Assembly: GCA_973895155.1 (NCBI GenBank)
Contig: OZ316896.1
Span: 2,914,001-2,978,000 of the forward strand
DNA: 64,000 nucleotides
Direction: 5' to 3'
Source: Marsupella aquatica
Lineage: Eukaryota > Plantae > Marchantiophyta
The translations under genes were made by a program, and so were the position numbers. Positions 50,601 to 63,703 of the stretch are shown here, piece by piece. How positions within the stretch are numbered: the first letter of the stretch is position 1; each line of letters opens with the position of its first letter. The notes under the pieces are model-generated. The model did no database searches. It had not been told where the DNA came from and saw only the letters and a program-made list of their open reading frames with translations.

Positions 50601-50793
50601 TATGAGGCAAACAAAGTGTAATGAGCTGCATACATTTACACTTTCTTCTTTCTTTTGCCTTTAAAACCGAAAGCAGGCTCATCTAAAAGAGGATAAACTT
50701 CTTGCTCTAGAGCATGCAATGCTGTGTATTACACCTTCTTTTGTGTTGAAAATTGAAAGCAGGCTCATCCAACAAAGATAGATGTAGCTCTGG

Positions 50794-50984
50794 AGCATGC
50801 AATTCTATGTAGGGTAGTCACAAGGGAACAATATCCAAAGATGTGACACGACCCAGACCAGGAGGGAGAGAGGATTAAACCAGAGCCAGAGTAGCATGCA
50901 ATTCTATCTAAGGTAGTCACAAGGGGACAATATCCAAGGATGTGACACTACCCAGACCAGGAGGGAGAGTTATAAACCAGAGCC
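50794..50984. repeat. Tandem duplication, ~100-bp unit x2, just 3' of the third DMP gene
   Basis: agcatgcaattctat.ta.ggtagtcacaaggg.acaatatccaa.gatgtgacac.acccagaccaggagggagag..aaaccagagcc occurs twice. Confidence 0.85.
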
Positions 50985-51117
50985 TAAAACTGGCCAACGG
51001 ATAATCAACACCCACACCACTACACTTCACCCACACACACATACCAAGGGGTGTGGACGGAGTAATGGACCTGGGACATCTTCTGTTCTAGGCTCATCCT
51101 CTGGCCAACTGCCCAAT

Positions 51118-51840
51118 TTACACTTTTGAGGCGTAGTCAGTCAGAGCAAGGTCAGAAGCAGCGATGCTCTCTGGCAGTAGTTTGCTTGCACTATTATTGG
51201 AGTCATTAGTATTCGCAGACGTACTGTTAGGGTCCGTTTTGGTGCTGTCATCTGCTTTGATTGGGACCAGTTCCATACCTGGTGTTTTTGTTTGAGAGTT
51301 ACCTAACCCGTGTCGTGCAGATGGGAACGCACCGAAGAGAGCCCCCACGACAATGGCTGCGAGAATCGGCCCGGTCTTCACCACCGTGGGCGAAAGCCCT
51401 GGATAGAAGCACGTCGATACCGGTGGTGAGAGGCAGGAAAGTGCACCGAATGCGATGACATTGAGGACACCGTTAGCAACATCAGTGAAATTGGCTGTGT
51501 AGTTTCTGAAATATCTACCTCCTCCCGTGTAGAATTTGTCACCATCAAATAAATCCCCATCTAGGTTCAATGTGGCGAATTGCCTGTTGTACAATCCCCA
51601 TTTTGTCACAACTCCGTAGATGACCTTTCCTTCTGGGGTGGTGACGCTGTCCACAAAGCTCAAGCCGAACAATCCCGCGAAGAAGAGAAAAAGTAGGATT
51701 CCAGTAACAATTCTCTCGGATTTGTGGCACACTCCATTGTTCGTAAAGAGTGGAACTAGCGACTGGAATGTCAGGAATGTGCCCGTGGGAAGGAGGTTGG
51801 ACAGATTCGTAATGAGATCCGATGAAGTACTTGTCGACAT
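51118..51840 (-). CDS. DMP: DUF679 / DMP family membrane protein (240 aa from MSTSTSS; the frame is open to 51891)
   Basis: Motifs NLSNLLPTGTFLTFQSL.PLFTNNGVC, FVDSV...GKVIYG..T..GL, CFYPG and FPSARHGLG. Start chosen by alignment with the 5242-6072 paralogue. Confidence 0.93.
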   Translation of the reverse strand: MSTSTSSDLITNLSNLLPTGTFLTFQSLVPLFTNNGVCHKSERIVTGILLFLFFAGLFGLSFVDSVTTPEGKVIYGVVTKWGLYNRQFATLNLDGDLFDGDKFYTGGGRYFRNYTANFTDVANGVLNVIAFGALSCLSPPVSTCFYPGLSPTVVKTGPILAAIVVGALFGAFPSARHGLGNSQTKTPGMELVPIKADDSTKTDPNSTSANTNDSNNSASKLLPESIAASDLALTDYASKV

Positions 51841-54800
51841 CTTCGCTGTAAGAGTGCAGCGTAGAACTTTGAACCACTTCTGTATCATCAAGTTAGTTTG
51901 AATCCATCAATATCCACCAAGCGTAATGACATAACTGGGAAAAAGTCGCGGAGGACATTCGGACTACCTTTGCTCTGGATATCGAGTAGGGTAACAAAGG
52001 AAACGTGATTGATCTCAGTTGTTTACAAAACTATTCCTTGAAGAGCACAAAACCAACTAGGAATCAATAGAAAGTCTCCGTCCAAGACTGATGTAGTGGA
52101 CTCTTTACTGGGAGAAATGCCACCGCAAACTTACATTTGAGGTTTCAAAGCTGAAGTACTCCCAGAGAAGAATGGATGGTCTGCAGGAGCACGAAATATT
52201 GGTCAAGCGAACAACTGCTGCTCCACGTACTGGCGGGCTCTATTGATTTGTCTCGTACAGAAGAGCACAAGAAGAGCGTTGAGTTCTGTCTCGGTCAGAA
52301 CTCCACCTCATCAATAAATGTGTTCTGAGTGAACAAATGCTGCCGACCTGCGTTGAAAGACTGATCAACGTAGAAGACGGTCTCAATACCTTGCGACGCT
52401 TCCGAGAATGAAGGAGCGATCTCGAGGAGAAACTCAGTTGTAATGCAATGTTACGAGATGCATTTGACACTGCCTGGCCTAGCATGAACGTAATGAGTTA
52501 TGGATTCATAAATCTGAAGAATTATCCAGGAGTCGTACGTGGATATATAGTCTTGCGCGATCACTACCGGTACAGATCTTACCTGTGAACTACAGGTAAG
52601 ACCCATCTCAGAAAATTCTGCTAATTTTGTAGTGCAGTCGTCGTCATGGGCAGAGTGTTATCCCTCAGAGAGCTGCCGTACTGGACGAATAAGCACCTCG
52701 TGCGTGATTGATCAGAGTTAACAAATCTGAACACTGTATCTACAATTACTGGGGATGCTTTTGTATAGAAAATTCGAAGGAACTTGACTGCTGGGTGGTT
52801 TCTCCTAAGCGCAACAACCGAAGAAACAAAAAGCAGTAGTGTGAATGAAGCTCGTCCATCGTCGAGAATGCAGAATCTATGCCTGGTAGTCATTCCACTA
52901 GTCCTTCTTTTGACACTGTAGTTGTCACGATTACCAAAACGAAAGGTCCACCAGTCTATGGTTATCCAGTATGGTCTAATCCCCTTGAAAATTCGCCCGC
53001 GTGGAAGAGCAGCGGTAATGTAAGTGCACGCACACTGTTCATTCTACCGAAGTTATTGCAACGAAGACATTCATGATTCATGAAAAACCACAAAAGTGCT
53101 CGTTCTGTGTCTTGTAATTGCTTCCATGAAAAGTGTCGTTTGAGATACCACTTACATAACTGGGAATGAGTGAGAACTGGGGGTAGTGGGTACAAAAAAG
53201 GGCCACAAAAAGGGACCAAACACAGTACACTAATGCAAAAAAGCAAAAGAGGTCCAGATAGGGATAGACCCAAAACACGAGAGCAAATGCGAACAATAAT
53301 CGAAGCACATGATGGGTGTAAAATATAGTGGTCCACGTTATTCCTTACAATCAATCTAGTCTAGTAACGACTGTATGTCTGCGAGTGGGACATGCGCAGG
53401 TGGGAGTGCGGACAAATTCCACGTTTTAAATGTGAACAGCTTAAGGTAGGTTTTGAAGGTAACTATAGTAACTGACTACAGTAGCCCTGACGCCAATGTG
53501 CGTTCCCCTGTTGTGGTTCTAAGAGTAGACCAAACTAATGTAGGAATGTAGCTGAGTGTAACAGTTGTTGATTGTGCTATCATCAGTGCCCTTCATTTGG
53601 CAAAAGCCAAGTGGGCTACCAAATCTACAGAAAATGAGTAGGGTATTGTATCTGTCCATTGTGCTACCATTTGGATTCCACAAGCATATGGGTACCCTTG
53701 GCTTGGACTCCTTATCAACTACCATAATATGCCATTCCTTCAAAAAAATTAGTAGTTATAAGTTTACAAACTTGAAGGTGGGAACAAAACCCAACTGTCA
53801 AATGCATTCCAGACTTTCTTTGGGTCAGTGTTGGATTCATCTGCTTACAAACTTGTAAGGATGAAAATAATTCAACCTTCAACTTAATGCATTCTAGATT
53901 GGTTTTGGTCACCATTAGATTGTGTGTAGTTGGGGCCCAAAGAGTGCCTATGATCTTGGGAGGGAGCTATGTACAATAGTCTACTAGTCAGGGGATCAGG
54001 TATTTATGTGTGCAAATTTTACCATATCATAATAAATGGATATAGAAGAATATGATGGTACATGTGATAAGTCTAAGTATATCTACAAGCTTTAACTTAC
54101 TGCCTACTAGGAGGCACACATATAAAGCATGGGTGCGAGGTTTAAGATGGGGAGAAGAGGTGTATTTTTATTTTTATTTGTTTAAGTTAAAGTATTTCCT
54201 TTGCATCACCGAATATACTTTTTTGTTTCCATAGAGTTTTCATTTTGCTCCAATGAATTGTTTGTCTACCCTATGGGATTTATATTCCTTGCAACCCATG
54301 TAGATACCACTAGCATAGGGGTACCTTTGGCTTGGATTCCGAAATTGAGTTAGATAACTATCTTCTAAGTACCTTGTTGTTCATTTCTACAATCATCCTT
54401 CCAAATAGTCCAAGTTGGATGAACCTCCCCAATGTCATCAATGTCCAAACTGAGCTCTTCCATGCATATCATATTCATTAAGTACTTCTTAATTATGTAT
54501 TTTCCAAAAAAACAGAAAAATCTGAGGGGCTGGGTGGCTAGAAAAGCAACGAGGAAATGGGCCCATTGTTGATCAAACAATTTGAGGTTGCCACAACATT
54601 TACCCTTGTCATTTTTTTATGGATCGAGTAAACCATATGGATACCAAGTGGTAAGTAATTGGAAACAAGTGGAGGGGCCATAATAGTAATGGTAGGGAGC
54701 CACACAAAAAGATGTTGTTGAGCAAAGTCCTGCTACTCAAAGTCAACATGCACATGTGGGGCATCCAACAAACACACAAGACAATACTTAGTTGACACAA

Positions 54801-57414
54801 GAGATAAGACAGTGGTTGACCCTACTAGAGGCTACCTCCACGGATTACACAAGAGAGCTCTCAGGTAGTTTTTTATTTATAAAATCATGGTAACTAATGG
54901 CAAGACATTCATTGGGCTCACCATGACAATGAGGGGCACAGTGGGGCACTCTAGTGCCTGGAGGGGGGCTGGAGCACAGTCTGGGCATGCTCCTCAAAGT
55001 CGAGAGATTTTTGAACAAAAAACCTTGCTAAATCCATCTTCATTGATGCTATTGAACTTTCAAATCACACCTGTTTATAATGCATGAGACTTTGTCCGCA
55101 TACAAGAGACAGAGTCTTGGAGCTGGCTGACCAACTCAGGACAAGATGAAAAGTTGCAAAATTTTAACTGGTGGCCTTCTAATAAAAAAAAACTCTATCA
55201 TACGAGACTCTGTAATCCACATCTCCAAACCCGAGAATAAAAGGGGACCATTATTTGTTGGCATAGTACTGGTAGAATGGAAGAAACATTGTCTTAAAAA
55301 AATACCTCATCCAGTCAATTTCTATTCCCAGGCCTCACTTCTTTTCTTCCTACCCATAATGCACAAATAAGTAAATATTTTTTTATTGGGTCTAGTAAAA
55401 TACTTTAAATTTTGTGTAAGAACATTAGGGGTATTTTAATTCAATTCTGAGAATTCTAATAATCATAGTGTTTTTCAAAACCAAATACAAGAAAGTTAGG
55501 GGTACAAAAATTCATTGAATTAAAATACTTTATTTACTTATGTTTTAGGGAGTTTTATTCCCACAAAACTTTGCATGTAATATGTAATTACCCTTAGAGT
55601 GAGACCACCCGAGTGTTTACTCCATTATGTCTAGTACATATATCTATCTTTCCCAACAGAAAGGTCTCAATAATAAAGCCACCTAATTTTTTAAACTAGT
55701 TCAGTTGTAACTAAGGTTGGATGATGCCAAGTCTCCATCACCAAGGGGTGTGGCTGGAAGTGCATTTATAGCAACTCATGGGCTCTACTGCCCAAGCCCC
55801 ACTTGGAAGTGTAGTTCTCCTCAAAGCACTGTTGTGACTAAAAAGGGATAGAAAGAAAGTCTTCCATATATAGCTATAGCATGTTCATCCTGGAACATGT
55901 CTCTTTTTTTTGTCTTCTAGTGATATGTAATTCATTTAAATAGGGACATATAAAATATATGCACATTATGACCAAGAAAGTACAAATTCATTTAAATAGG
56001 GACATGTAAAATATATGCACATAAAATCACATTATGACCAAGAAAGTACAAAGGTACTAAAGAGTTGAGTTGTGCACATACAGTACAGATTTTCACTTGC
56101 TTCTAGGTAATGACCTTGAACTCAATTAAAACCATAAATTTTGCAAAGTAAACCATGAAGGGAACTTAATACACCAGATGTTCACATTGATCAAATTCAT
56201 TTCTTACACTCTCATGAGAAAAAGAGAATTCACTAAGGAATGATTGAAAAGGAAAGATGAAACCTTGATGAGGGGAGCCAAATACATTCAAAATATTCTA
56301 AGTTCACTAAAATTAAGAGGGGTCATAAAGTTAATTCAAAATCAAATTAATACAAATGATTTACCTTGATAAGGCACATTAACATCAAAATACTTGACAC
56401 AAAATATGAATGAGACAAAATCTGAAAGGTGGATTCACCATATAGCAGCCTCGAAATATAGCAATGGGATAGAAAGAAAGTCTTCCATAAGCAACTTTAA
56501 CTTTAGAAATACTTTTTTGTTAATTTTGTTTTGTTTCCAGCTTATTCCGCATGAACCAGAGGGATGGCACTAACTAGCAACTGACGCCTCAATGTCATGA
56601 AGGGGAAAAGACCAGAAAGACCAGATGGCAAAACCAACAAGCCTGAATGTCATGAAGGGGAAAAGACCAACAGAGCGTCAATGGCACAGCTACCACTGGA
56701 AGACAGAGCAACCCTGCCAACTCCAACCAATACCAAAATGTGTCTCACATCACTACACCACTTAGCCAGAAATTCTTCACCCATCAGCCAACTTTCCACT
56801 GGGAAATACTTTGAACTTGATATGGTGTGAGACAAGAAGGTGAGAGTACCTGAATCTGACTACCAACAGTCAGAATCCCCTACACTTTGAACTCCTCTGA
56901 CTCCACTGTGGGAATGAATGATGTGAATAGCTGTTGTGTGTGGGTTCAGCTCAAGATTATACAGCAAAGAGGTTCAGCTCAAGAATAGCAAAGAGCCATT
57001 GAGGAACAAATTTATAATTGCTACTATCCACATACATTGACCTTGGCTTGTCAATTCAAATAAAAGTTAATCCTGGAGAGGGTCATAACAACAACGATAG
57101 TACCAAAAGCATGCTTCAACAACATTATGGGATTTAGAGGTACACGAGTTTACCAGATTAAAATACTGCGAAAATGAAACTACATTGTCAATTGGATATA
57201 ACGTCATTGTAAAGAAATTATAAAGGGGAGATGCATACCCGGGGATGTGCTTCTTTTCCAAGTGACAAGGAAGAAGCTCAGTAACTCACGGATATGCAGA
57301 CCATCTTTGGCATCCAATTTTGATGGTGGATGAAAGTCACTAACTGCATAGTTTGTACCTGAGCGCTCTTACTGGTCAACAGATGTATGGAGGTATTGCC
57401 CTAGTGCTCTAGTA

Positions 57415-57505
57415 GATATAATTTATAATATTTATATTTATTTATTTATATTTATATTTATTTATATTTATATTTATTTATTTATATTTATTTATTTATA
57501 TTTAA
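57415..57505. repeat. AT microsatellite (TTTATA/TTTA)n
   Basis: Visible directly in the sequence. Confidence 0.95.
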
Positions 57506-57991
57506 TGTAACGAAAGGGCAACCTAGCCTAAGTGACAACGCGGCCCAACTTGCCTGGCTAGTACAGTAATTTTTGGTAGTTGGATGGATAGTCTACTGTA
57601 GATGATGCATCTGTAAACTCATGCCCACTTGGTACCGGTGCCCCCCTTGGGACCCTCCCCATGTCTGTTGGCGTACTGGATATATTTTTTAAATCCCATC
57701 GATCGGAACAGTCGGTTTTGAGTTTTGACCTCTGTAATCTGTTTAATGTCAATTTGGTTTATAAACTTGATCTCCAAGTGCTTTCACTTGTTTTCTCGCC
57801 CCCCGCCCCCCTTATTGAATGGCTGCCTCAGGGATCGTGCCGCTTCTTATTCTTTGGTAGTGTGATAGACATATTTAAGAGAAAATAGAGTATATGTTAG
57901 AATTGTCTTCTTGTGAACTAGATTAATACTTAGATATTATTGTTTTGCAAACAACAAAGATAAAAACCTTGTATGATTATACTCTAGTATA

Positions 57992-59260
57992 CTAGCTCAA
58001 TACCCGTGCGTTGCACAAAAGTTGTCGTGACGGCCAAGATGTCGTTGAGAACAAAAGAGGTCATGTCGGCCAAGAGGTTTTTGAGAAGAAAGATGTCATG
58101 TCGCCCAAGAAATTTTTGAGAACAAAAGATGTTGTGTCGGCAAGATGTTGATGATAAACAAAATATGTCGTGTCGGCCAAGATGTCATTGAGAACAAAAG
58201 ATGTCGTGTCGACTAAGATGTCATGTTGGCCAAGATTTGGTTGAGAAAAAAGATGTCGTGTCGACCAAGAGGTTGTTGAGAAAAAAAGTTGTATTGGCCA
58301 AGAGGTCGTTGAGAAAAATGATGTCGTGTTGGCCAAGATCTCATTGATAAAAAAGATGTCGTGTGACCGGCCAAGAAATCATTGAGATAAAGGATCTTGT
58401 GTTGGCAAAGAAGTCGTTGAGAAAAAAGATGTCATGTCGGCCAAGACGTCGTTGAGAGAAAATATGTTGTGTCGGGCAAGACATCATTGTGAAAAAAGAG
58501 TCGTGTCGGCCAAGACGTCGTTGAGAAAACAGATGTCGTGTTGGCCAAGACGTCATTGAGGAAAAGTATCAGTGCATTGCACAAAAGATGTCGTGTCGCC
58601 CAAGATGTTGTTATCTGAAAGATGTCATGAAGTAAAAAGATGTCGTTAAGAAAAAAGAAGTCATTTTTCCAAAGATGTCATTATGTGAAAGATGGCATTA
58701 AGAAAAAGGTGTCATTTTTCCAAACTAAGTGATTGTGAAGTAAAAGATGTTATAAATAAAAAGGTGTCGTTTCACCCAATATGTCATTAATATGTGAAAG
58801 ATGGCTCAATACCCGTGCGTTGCACAAAAGATGTCGTTAAGAAAAAATATGTTGTGTTGCCAAAGATGTTGTCATGAAAAAAGGTGATGTTGCCAACAAT
58901 TTTGTTAAGTAAAAACATGTTGTGTTGTCAAAGATTTTTTTAAGAAAAAAGATGTCATGTTGCCAAAGAAGTTGTTAATATGTGAAAGATGTTGTGAAGT
59001 AAAAAGATGTCATTAAGAACTATGATGTCGTGATGCCAAAGGTGTCGTGAAGAAAAAATGTTCTTATGTGAAAAATGTTGTGAAGTAAAAGATGTCGTTG
59101 CACCAAAGATGTCTTTATGTCCAAGATGTTTTCAGGTAAAAGATGATGTTTTACGAAAGATGTTATTAAGTATTTTTTTGTTAAGTACTAAATGGTCGAT
59201 AAGTAAAGGGATGTCATTAGACAAAGATGTAAATTGTGAAGTAAAAGATGTGATTAAGTA
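57992..59260 (-). mobile_element. Helitron-like 3' region with AGATGTCG minisatellite and repeated termini
   Basis: The minus strand reads gtgcaacgcacgggtattgag-CTAG|T, ending at 57992. ~35-bp tandem units span 58020-58620. Further copies of the terminus lie at 58804-58829 and ~58571. Confidence 0.7.
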
Positions 59261-59330
59261 CAATTGAAAATATTGCTAGTAAACCATGTTAAGTAAAAAA
59301 AGTTGTTAAGTTGTTGCCACTTTTTTGCCA

Positions 59331-59860
59331 CCCCTTGCATCCTGAAGCCCCATTGATAACCCCAAAGTTTTTGTTATTTTAAGCTTTTTACTTAAAGTTA
59401 CCATGGCTGCTTACTTGGCTTTGGCCGCCCCAATGCCGAGCGGGATGCCAAGACCCCTTGGGATAATGACACGGCTTGGCTGACTTTTCAACAACTCTTC
59501 ACTACCCCTTACATCTTAGAACCCCATTGGGCCCAAAGTTTTGGCTACCTTAGAGTTCTTACTTAAAGTCGCTGCAATAGCTTAATTGGCATTGGCCGCC
59601 CCAAATGTCAAGACCCCCTCGGGTAACGGAGCAGCTTGGCTGACTTTTCAACGGCCCTTTCCCTACCCTTGCATATATCTTGGAACCCCATCAATAACCC
59701 CAATTTTTTTGGTTACTTTAAGCTTAGTTTGCTTAAAGTTGACCGTGGCCGCTTACTTGGCTGTGGCCGCCCCAATGCCAATTCCCCTTGGGGCAACGGC
59801 ACGACTCAGCCCACTTTTCAACAAAACAATTTTCCTACCCCTTGCATGGAACCCCTTTGG
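59331..59860. repeat. Tandem repeat, ~170-bp unit x3
   Basis: ccctt.cat...cttaaagt...gctta.ttggc..tggccgcccc.atg...acttttcaac recurs from ~59331, ~59505 and ~59665. Confidence 0.8.
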
Positions 59861-62800
59861 TAACCTCATCCAAGTTTACTCGACTCCTTACTCGCCAATA
59901 CCATGCCCCCCTGGGGTGGTGGTGTGGTTTGCAACACTTTCCAACATTGGAGGACCTGCCACCCCCGGACCAACTTTGGTCCAGATATTTTGGCCCCCAC
60001 CCCATGCCTCTTCCTGTGCTAAACAAAGTGGCAAGACATAACAACAACTGAGGGGTTGTTGGGGAGTTGGAACCCGGGGCAAGATTGAGTTAGGTTGGGG
60101 ATGGGACCTTGGGGTCACGGGTTTCATTCCACCCCGGGATGTTGGGTCTAGCATTTTTTACAACATTATTTTTTTGTTTTTGGCCAGTGTGACAAATGTC
60201 AGCCTCTCAAAGGAAGGAAATGCTAGGAGTATTTTTCAACAATTTTTCTTGAATTATATCTTCTTCATCAGATATCCCTAGATTGACGTACAACGGTTAT
60301 ATTTTGGCAAATGGGGTCCATGATTTGGTGGGAGAGTGGCCAATGGTATGCAAAGAATCTAGCAATTTTTTGGCAAAAGTGACGGAAAAAGTGGTGAACA
60401 TATTTTGGGGAGGTGGAATTTGGCAAAAGTTTGCACCTAGAAACTACGTTGTTTGGATGAGGCCAGGGCCAGGGTAATCTCAGGAGTCATCATCCCTTCC
60501 TCTTCACTCTCCCTCATGGCTCTCCCTCTTCTAGCTATTGGGTAATGGGTATTGCTCCTCTTCACACTCCCTCTTCTTGCCATTGGGTAGTTGTTGTTGC
60601 TTAAAAGTACTCATTAAATGCCTGGAGCCCTTATAAGCTCACATAGGCTTGGAATAGAGAGCTCCAAAAGGAAAGAAGCTACACTCTTCCCTCTCTCTTA
60701 AAAGTTGTACTCTGATGGTACAATTGTACTCCTTTTACAGGACCTCTATCCTCTTTGTACCTTGTACCTGGGGCTCCTAAGAGTAATGAGCTCATATGCT
60801 GTACCTGAAGGTACAATAGTACCTGTCTTGTGCATCTTTGTGTACTTGTTTTGTGCACACCAAGCCCTGTACCAGGTTTCCTCACGTTCCTTTTTTTCCC
60901 CCTTATTGGTTCCATATTTACAGGTTTCAATTATTCTCACCCAAAAGGACACTCCAAATTTGAATGACGACCACGCCATTTTTTGGCGCAACTGTGTATT
61001 ATAGTTTAGGATATACATATATGAACCTGGAGAAAAGAAATGAAACCCCTTGGAAATCAAGTTTATAACCCTAATTGACAGTATACAGATCACAGGAGGT
61101 CAAAACTCAAAACCCGATGTTCCCAAGGGATCCCAAACTGGACCCAGGATGCCACGAATAATACTTAGTATGTTTGGAGGCCTTGTGGCCCATCTCACTG
61201 GGTAATGCAACAGATTCTGCTTGATGCAGTCTCCCTTTCAAATCCTGTTGTATATTTCATATGGGCTTCAATCGTAGTACGTTGGTAGGAACCATATTAA
61301 AGAATAGAAAAACATAAGGTTGCAAAAAGAGGCCTGGGCAGGGTGCATGGTTGAACTGTGAGGGCAGGGCAGGAACCCTATTTTCACAACCTCCGATATT
61401 CACATTAACTATGTAACTATTGTCCCGTAGAAGTACTGACATAGTTAATGTGAGGATTGGAGTTTACATCCCCCCTCCCCACCCCTCCCCAAGTTGGGTA
61501 TGGGATACCCCAATAGTAAACCATCGTTGGGTATTGTAGGTTGTCACGTCTTTGCCAGCCTGGTGGGGGAATCTGCAGGGACGAGGTCAACGGTATTTTT
61601 GTACAATTAAATAACTTGTGAAAATCCCCCAAAATTTGAAGAAACCAGTAGGGAGATGGCTTACACATGTTTTTGTTTGTTTTGCATGGAATAAAGGAGC
61701 CTTCAATTATGTTCTCATGCTCCCTTACTCCGTGCAAAACAAAAAAAACATGTTTATTGTCTACCCATGTTAACCCATCTCGTATCCGAGGAAATGAGCA
61801 TTAACCCGCCAGCCCTTATCCCCTTGGGCTACTGTGAGTTATTATCATATTAATGAGATGTCTTCCTTCTGGCAGAAAACACCAGGGCCTCACCTTTGCT
61901 CTTCTTAAAGTGTTTGCTCACTTGACTATTTAGAGCCAAGTGTAATATGGAGGCTATAGATAATCTGGTAGGATTAGGGGTGGATGGAAGTACAAGGAAG
62001 AAATGTGGCAAGAGGGTGCCAGGATAGAGGCTGGGTTATTGGTAGACTAGCAAAGTGAGGCCAAGCAGGTACCAGGTTTGAATTTCATGACAACTTTCTT
62101 TCAACACAAACCCCAGTAATAACATTGATTCACTGCTTGAGGGCAGTGATCTTGTCACTTTGGGTCACTCTCAAAGCATGTTATCCATCTCCAACCTTGT
62201 TATCAATCTGTCAAACTTTCACAAAGACTGACAAGCTAAAACACATTCAAGGAAACTTTTTACAAACATACACACAAAGGGATGCGGTTGATAGTCTGGA
62301 TAACTTTGGAGTGATTCCAGTTTAGGGCCCGGTTTAGGGTTACCACCAATAACATGGTCACCTCTAATTATCAATGTTTTTCAATATATATATTGATTTA
62401 TATTTTAAAATTGGGGGTGACAGTAAATAGTGTCACTTGGCTGAAAATCAAGGGCAGCTCATAATTACTATGTATGACACTAAATGCCCTCCAGCATCTT
62501 AGGTGAACTCTTTGATGCCAGCTTAGGCCCAATTGGGGGCCTAATTTGCATGATTTTGACCTTTGGGTTTGTGTTCTGGCACCCTTCATTTTTTGCTGCT
62601 CCCGCTTTGTCAATGGAAGCTTCAACCGTCGTATCACCTACAATGTCAAAGGTGAAGTCAACTTGGGAGGAAGCCGGGGAGGAAACTTGAACTTGATAAG
62701 AGGCAACTACTTGAACTTCAATTAGGCAAAAATATTGGGCTTTGCATAAACACTTAGACTCTGTTAGCCCCCATATATGTTAGCCAAGCAATGGTGGTTG

Positions 62801-63304
62801 CTAGGATCCATATAATTATCCAGCGTGAAATTAGGCAGGTTTAGCCACATTGTTCTCTAAGTAATTAAATATTGGCTTCAATGGTGGTGTCTCTCCTGAG
62901 GTACTTAACTAGTTCACCAATAGACGAGTGGGGCCTCTATCCATGCCTCTACCTTGTACTCTTATGAGTGTTTGGCTTCTTTCAATATCAAAGCTTTGGT
63001 TAATAGTCTTGGTTGATTTGCCAAATGCTTCTTCCTTGCGGAGTCCTGGCTGTTGCCGTTTGAATTGGCAACACTTTGTTCTAGAGTCTTGGTTGCTTTG
63101 CTAACAAAGTCTAAGTGTTAAAGCAAAACCTGGTACTTTGGTTAATAGTCATCGTGGACAGTCTTGGTGTATGTTCTGGCAAACTCAAGTCTGTCCTCTC
63201 TTTGGGGGTCTCACTGATGCAAAAATGATACATTACGTGCCACCAAGCATTAAATCATTTTATTTGTTCTGAGGGAAGATTGAATTCTAAGTGAAAGAAC
63301 ACTA

Positions 63305-63703
63305 CCGTCCTTCCCCCAAACACAGTGCCCGGGCGTTGTGTTTGAAAATGGATTTTTTTAGGGGTCCATAAGAAAAGTTTTTTTTCTTCAAACACAACGT
63401 CATTGTAACACAACGCCTGATCATTGTGTTTGAATATTGGTGTTGTGTTCAAGTTGGACACTGTGTTCGAGATTTGAATTTAAACTGTTCTATATTGAGC
63501 ACAAATAGTAAGAACTTTCAAAAATCATATGACCATGCCAATATTCAAACACAAAGTTAATATTCAGACACAATGCCCACTTTCAAACACAACACCCTGC
63601 AAGTACAAAAAAAAGATGAAAAAACACAATCAAAACTTGAATACAACTCCCTGGGCGCACCATTCGAATACAAGGCCATGGCGTTGTGTTCAGGGGAAGA
63701 CGG
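63305..63703. mobile_element. Tc1/mariner (pogo-like) MITE, 399 bp
   Basis: TA|CCGTC(C)TTCCCC..AACACA ... TGTGTT.AGGGGAAGACGG|TA, with a TA TSD and internal aaacaca/tgtgttt motifs. A second copy lies at ~26.8-27.2 kb. Confidence 0.85.

Larger units (their letters stand above)
57668..61158. mobile_element. Decayed long-TIR element (MULE-like) delimited by ~130-bp inverted repeats
   Basis: 57668-57797 (ggaacagtcggttttgagttttgacctctgtaatctg..ttataaacttgatctccaag) matches the reverse complement of ~61030-61158. Exact termini and TSD were not resolved. Confidence 0.6.

Noticed and set aside
51841-51891. 17-aa N-terminal extension of the third DMP in the ORF track
   Set aside because: Paralogue alignment favours the ATG at 51840, though an upstream in-frame ATG cannot be excluded.
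53518-53920. Weak ~30-bp inverted repeat suggesting a MITE
   Set aside because: Needs gaps and several mismatches, and no TSD was seen.
58020-58620. ~35-bp periodic repeats resembling a CRISPR array
   Set aside because: Units are contiguous with no unique spacers, there are no cas genes, and the context is eukaryotic. It is a minisatellite.
62321-62341. Telomere-like TTTAGGG x2 (also TTAGGG x2 at ~28365)
   Set aside because: Only two units each, which is compatible with chance.
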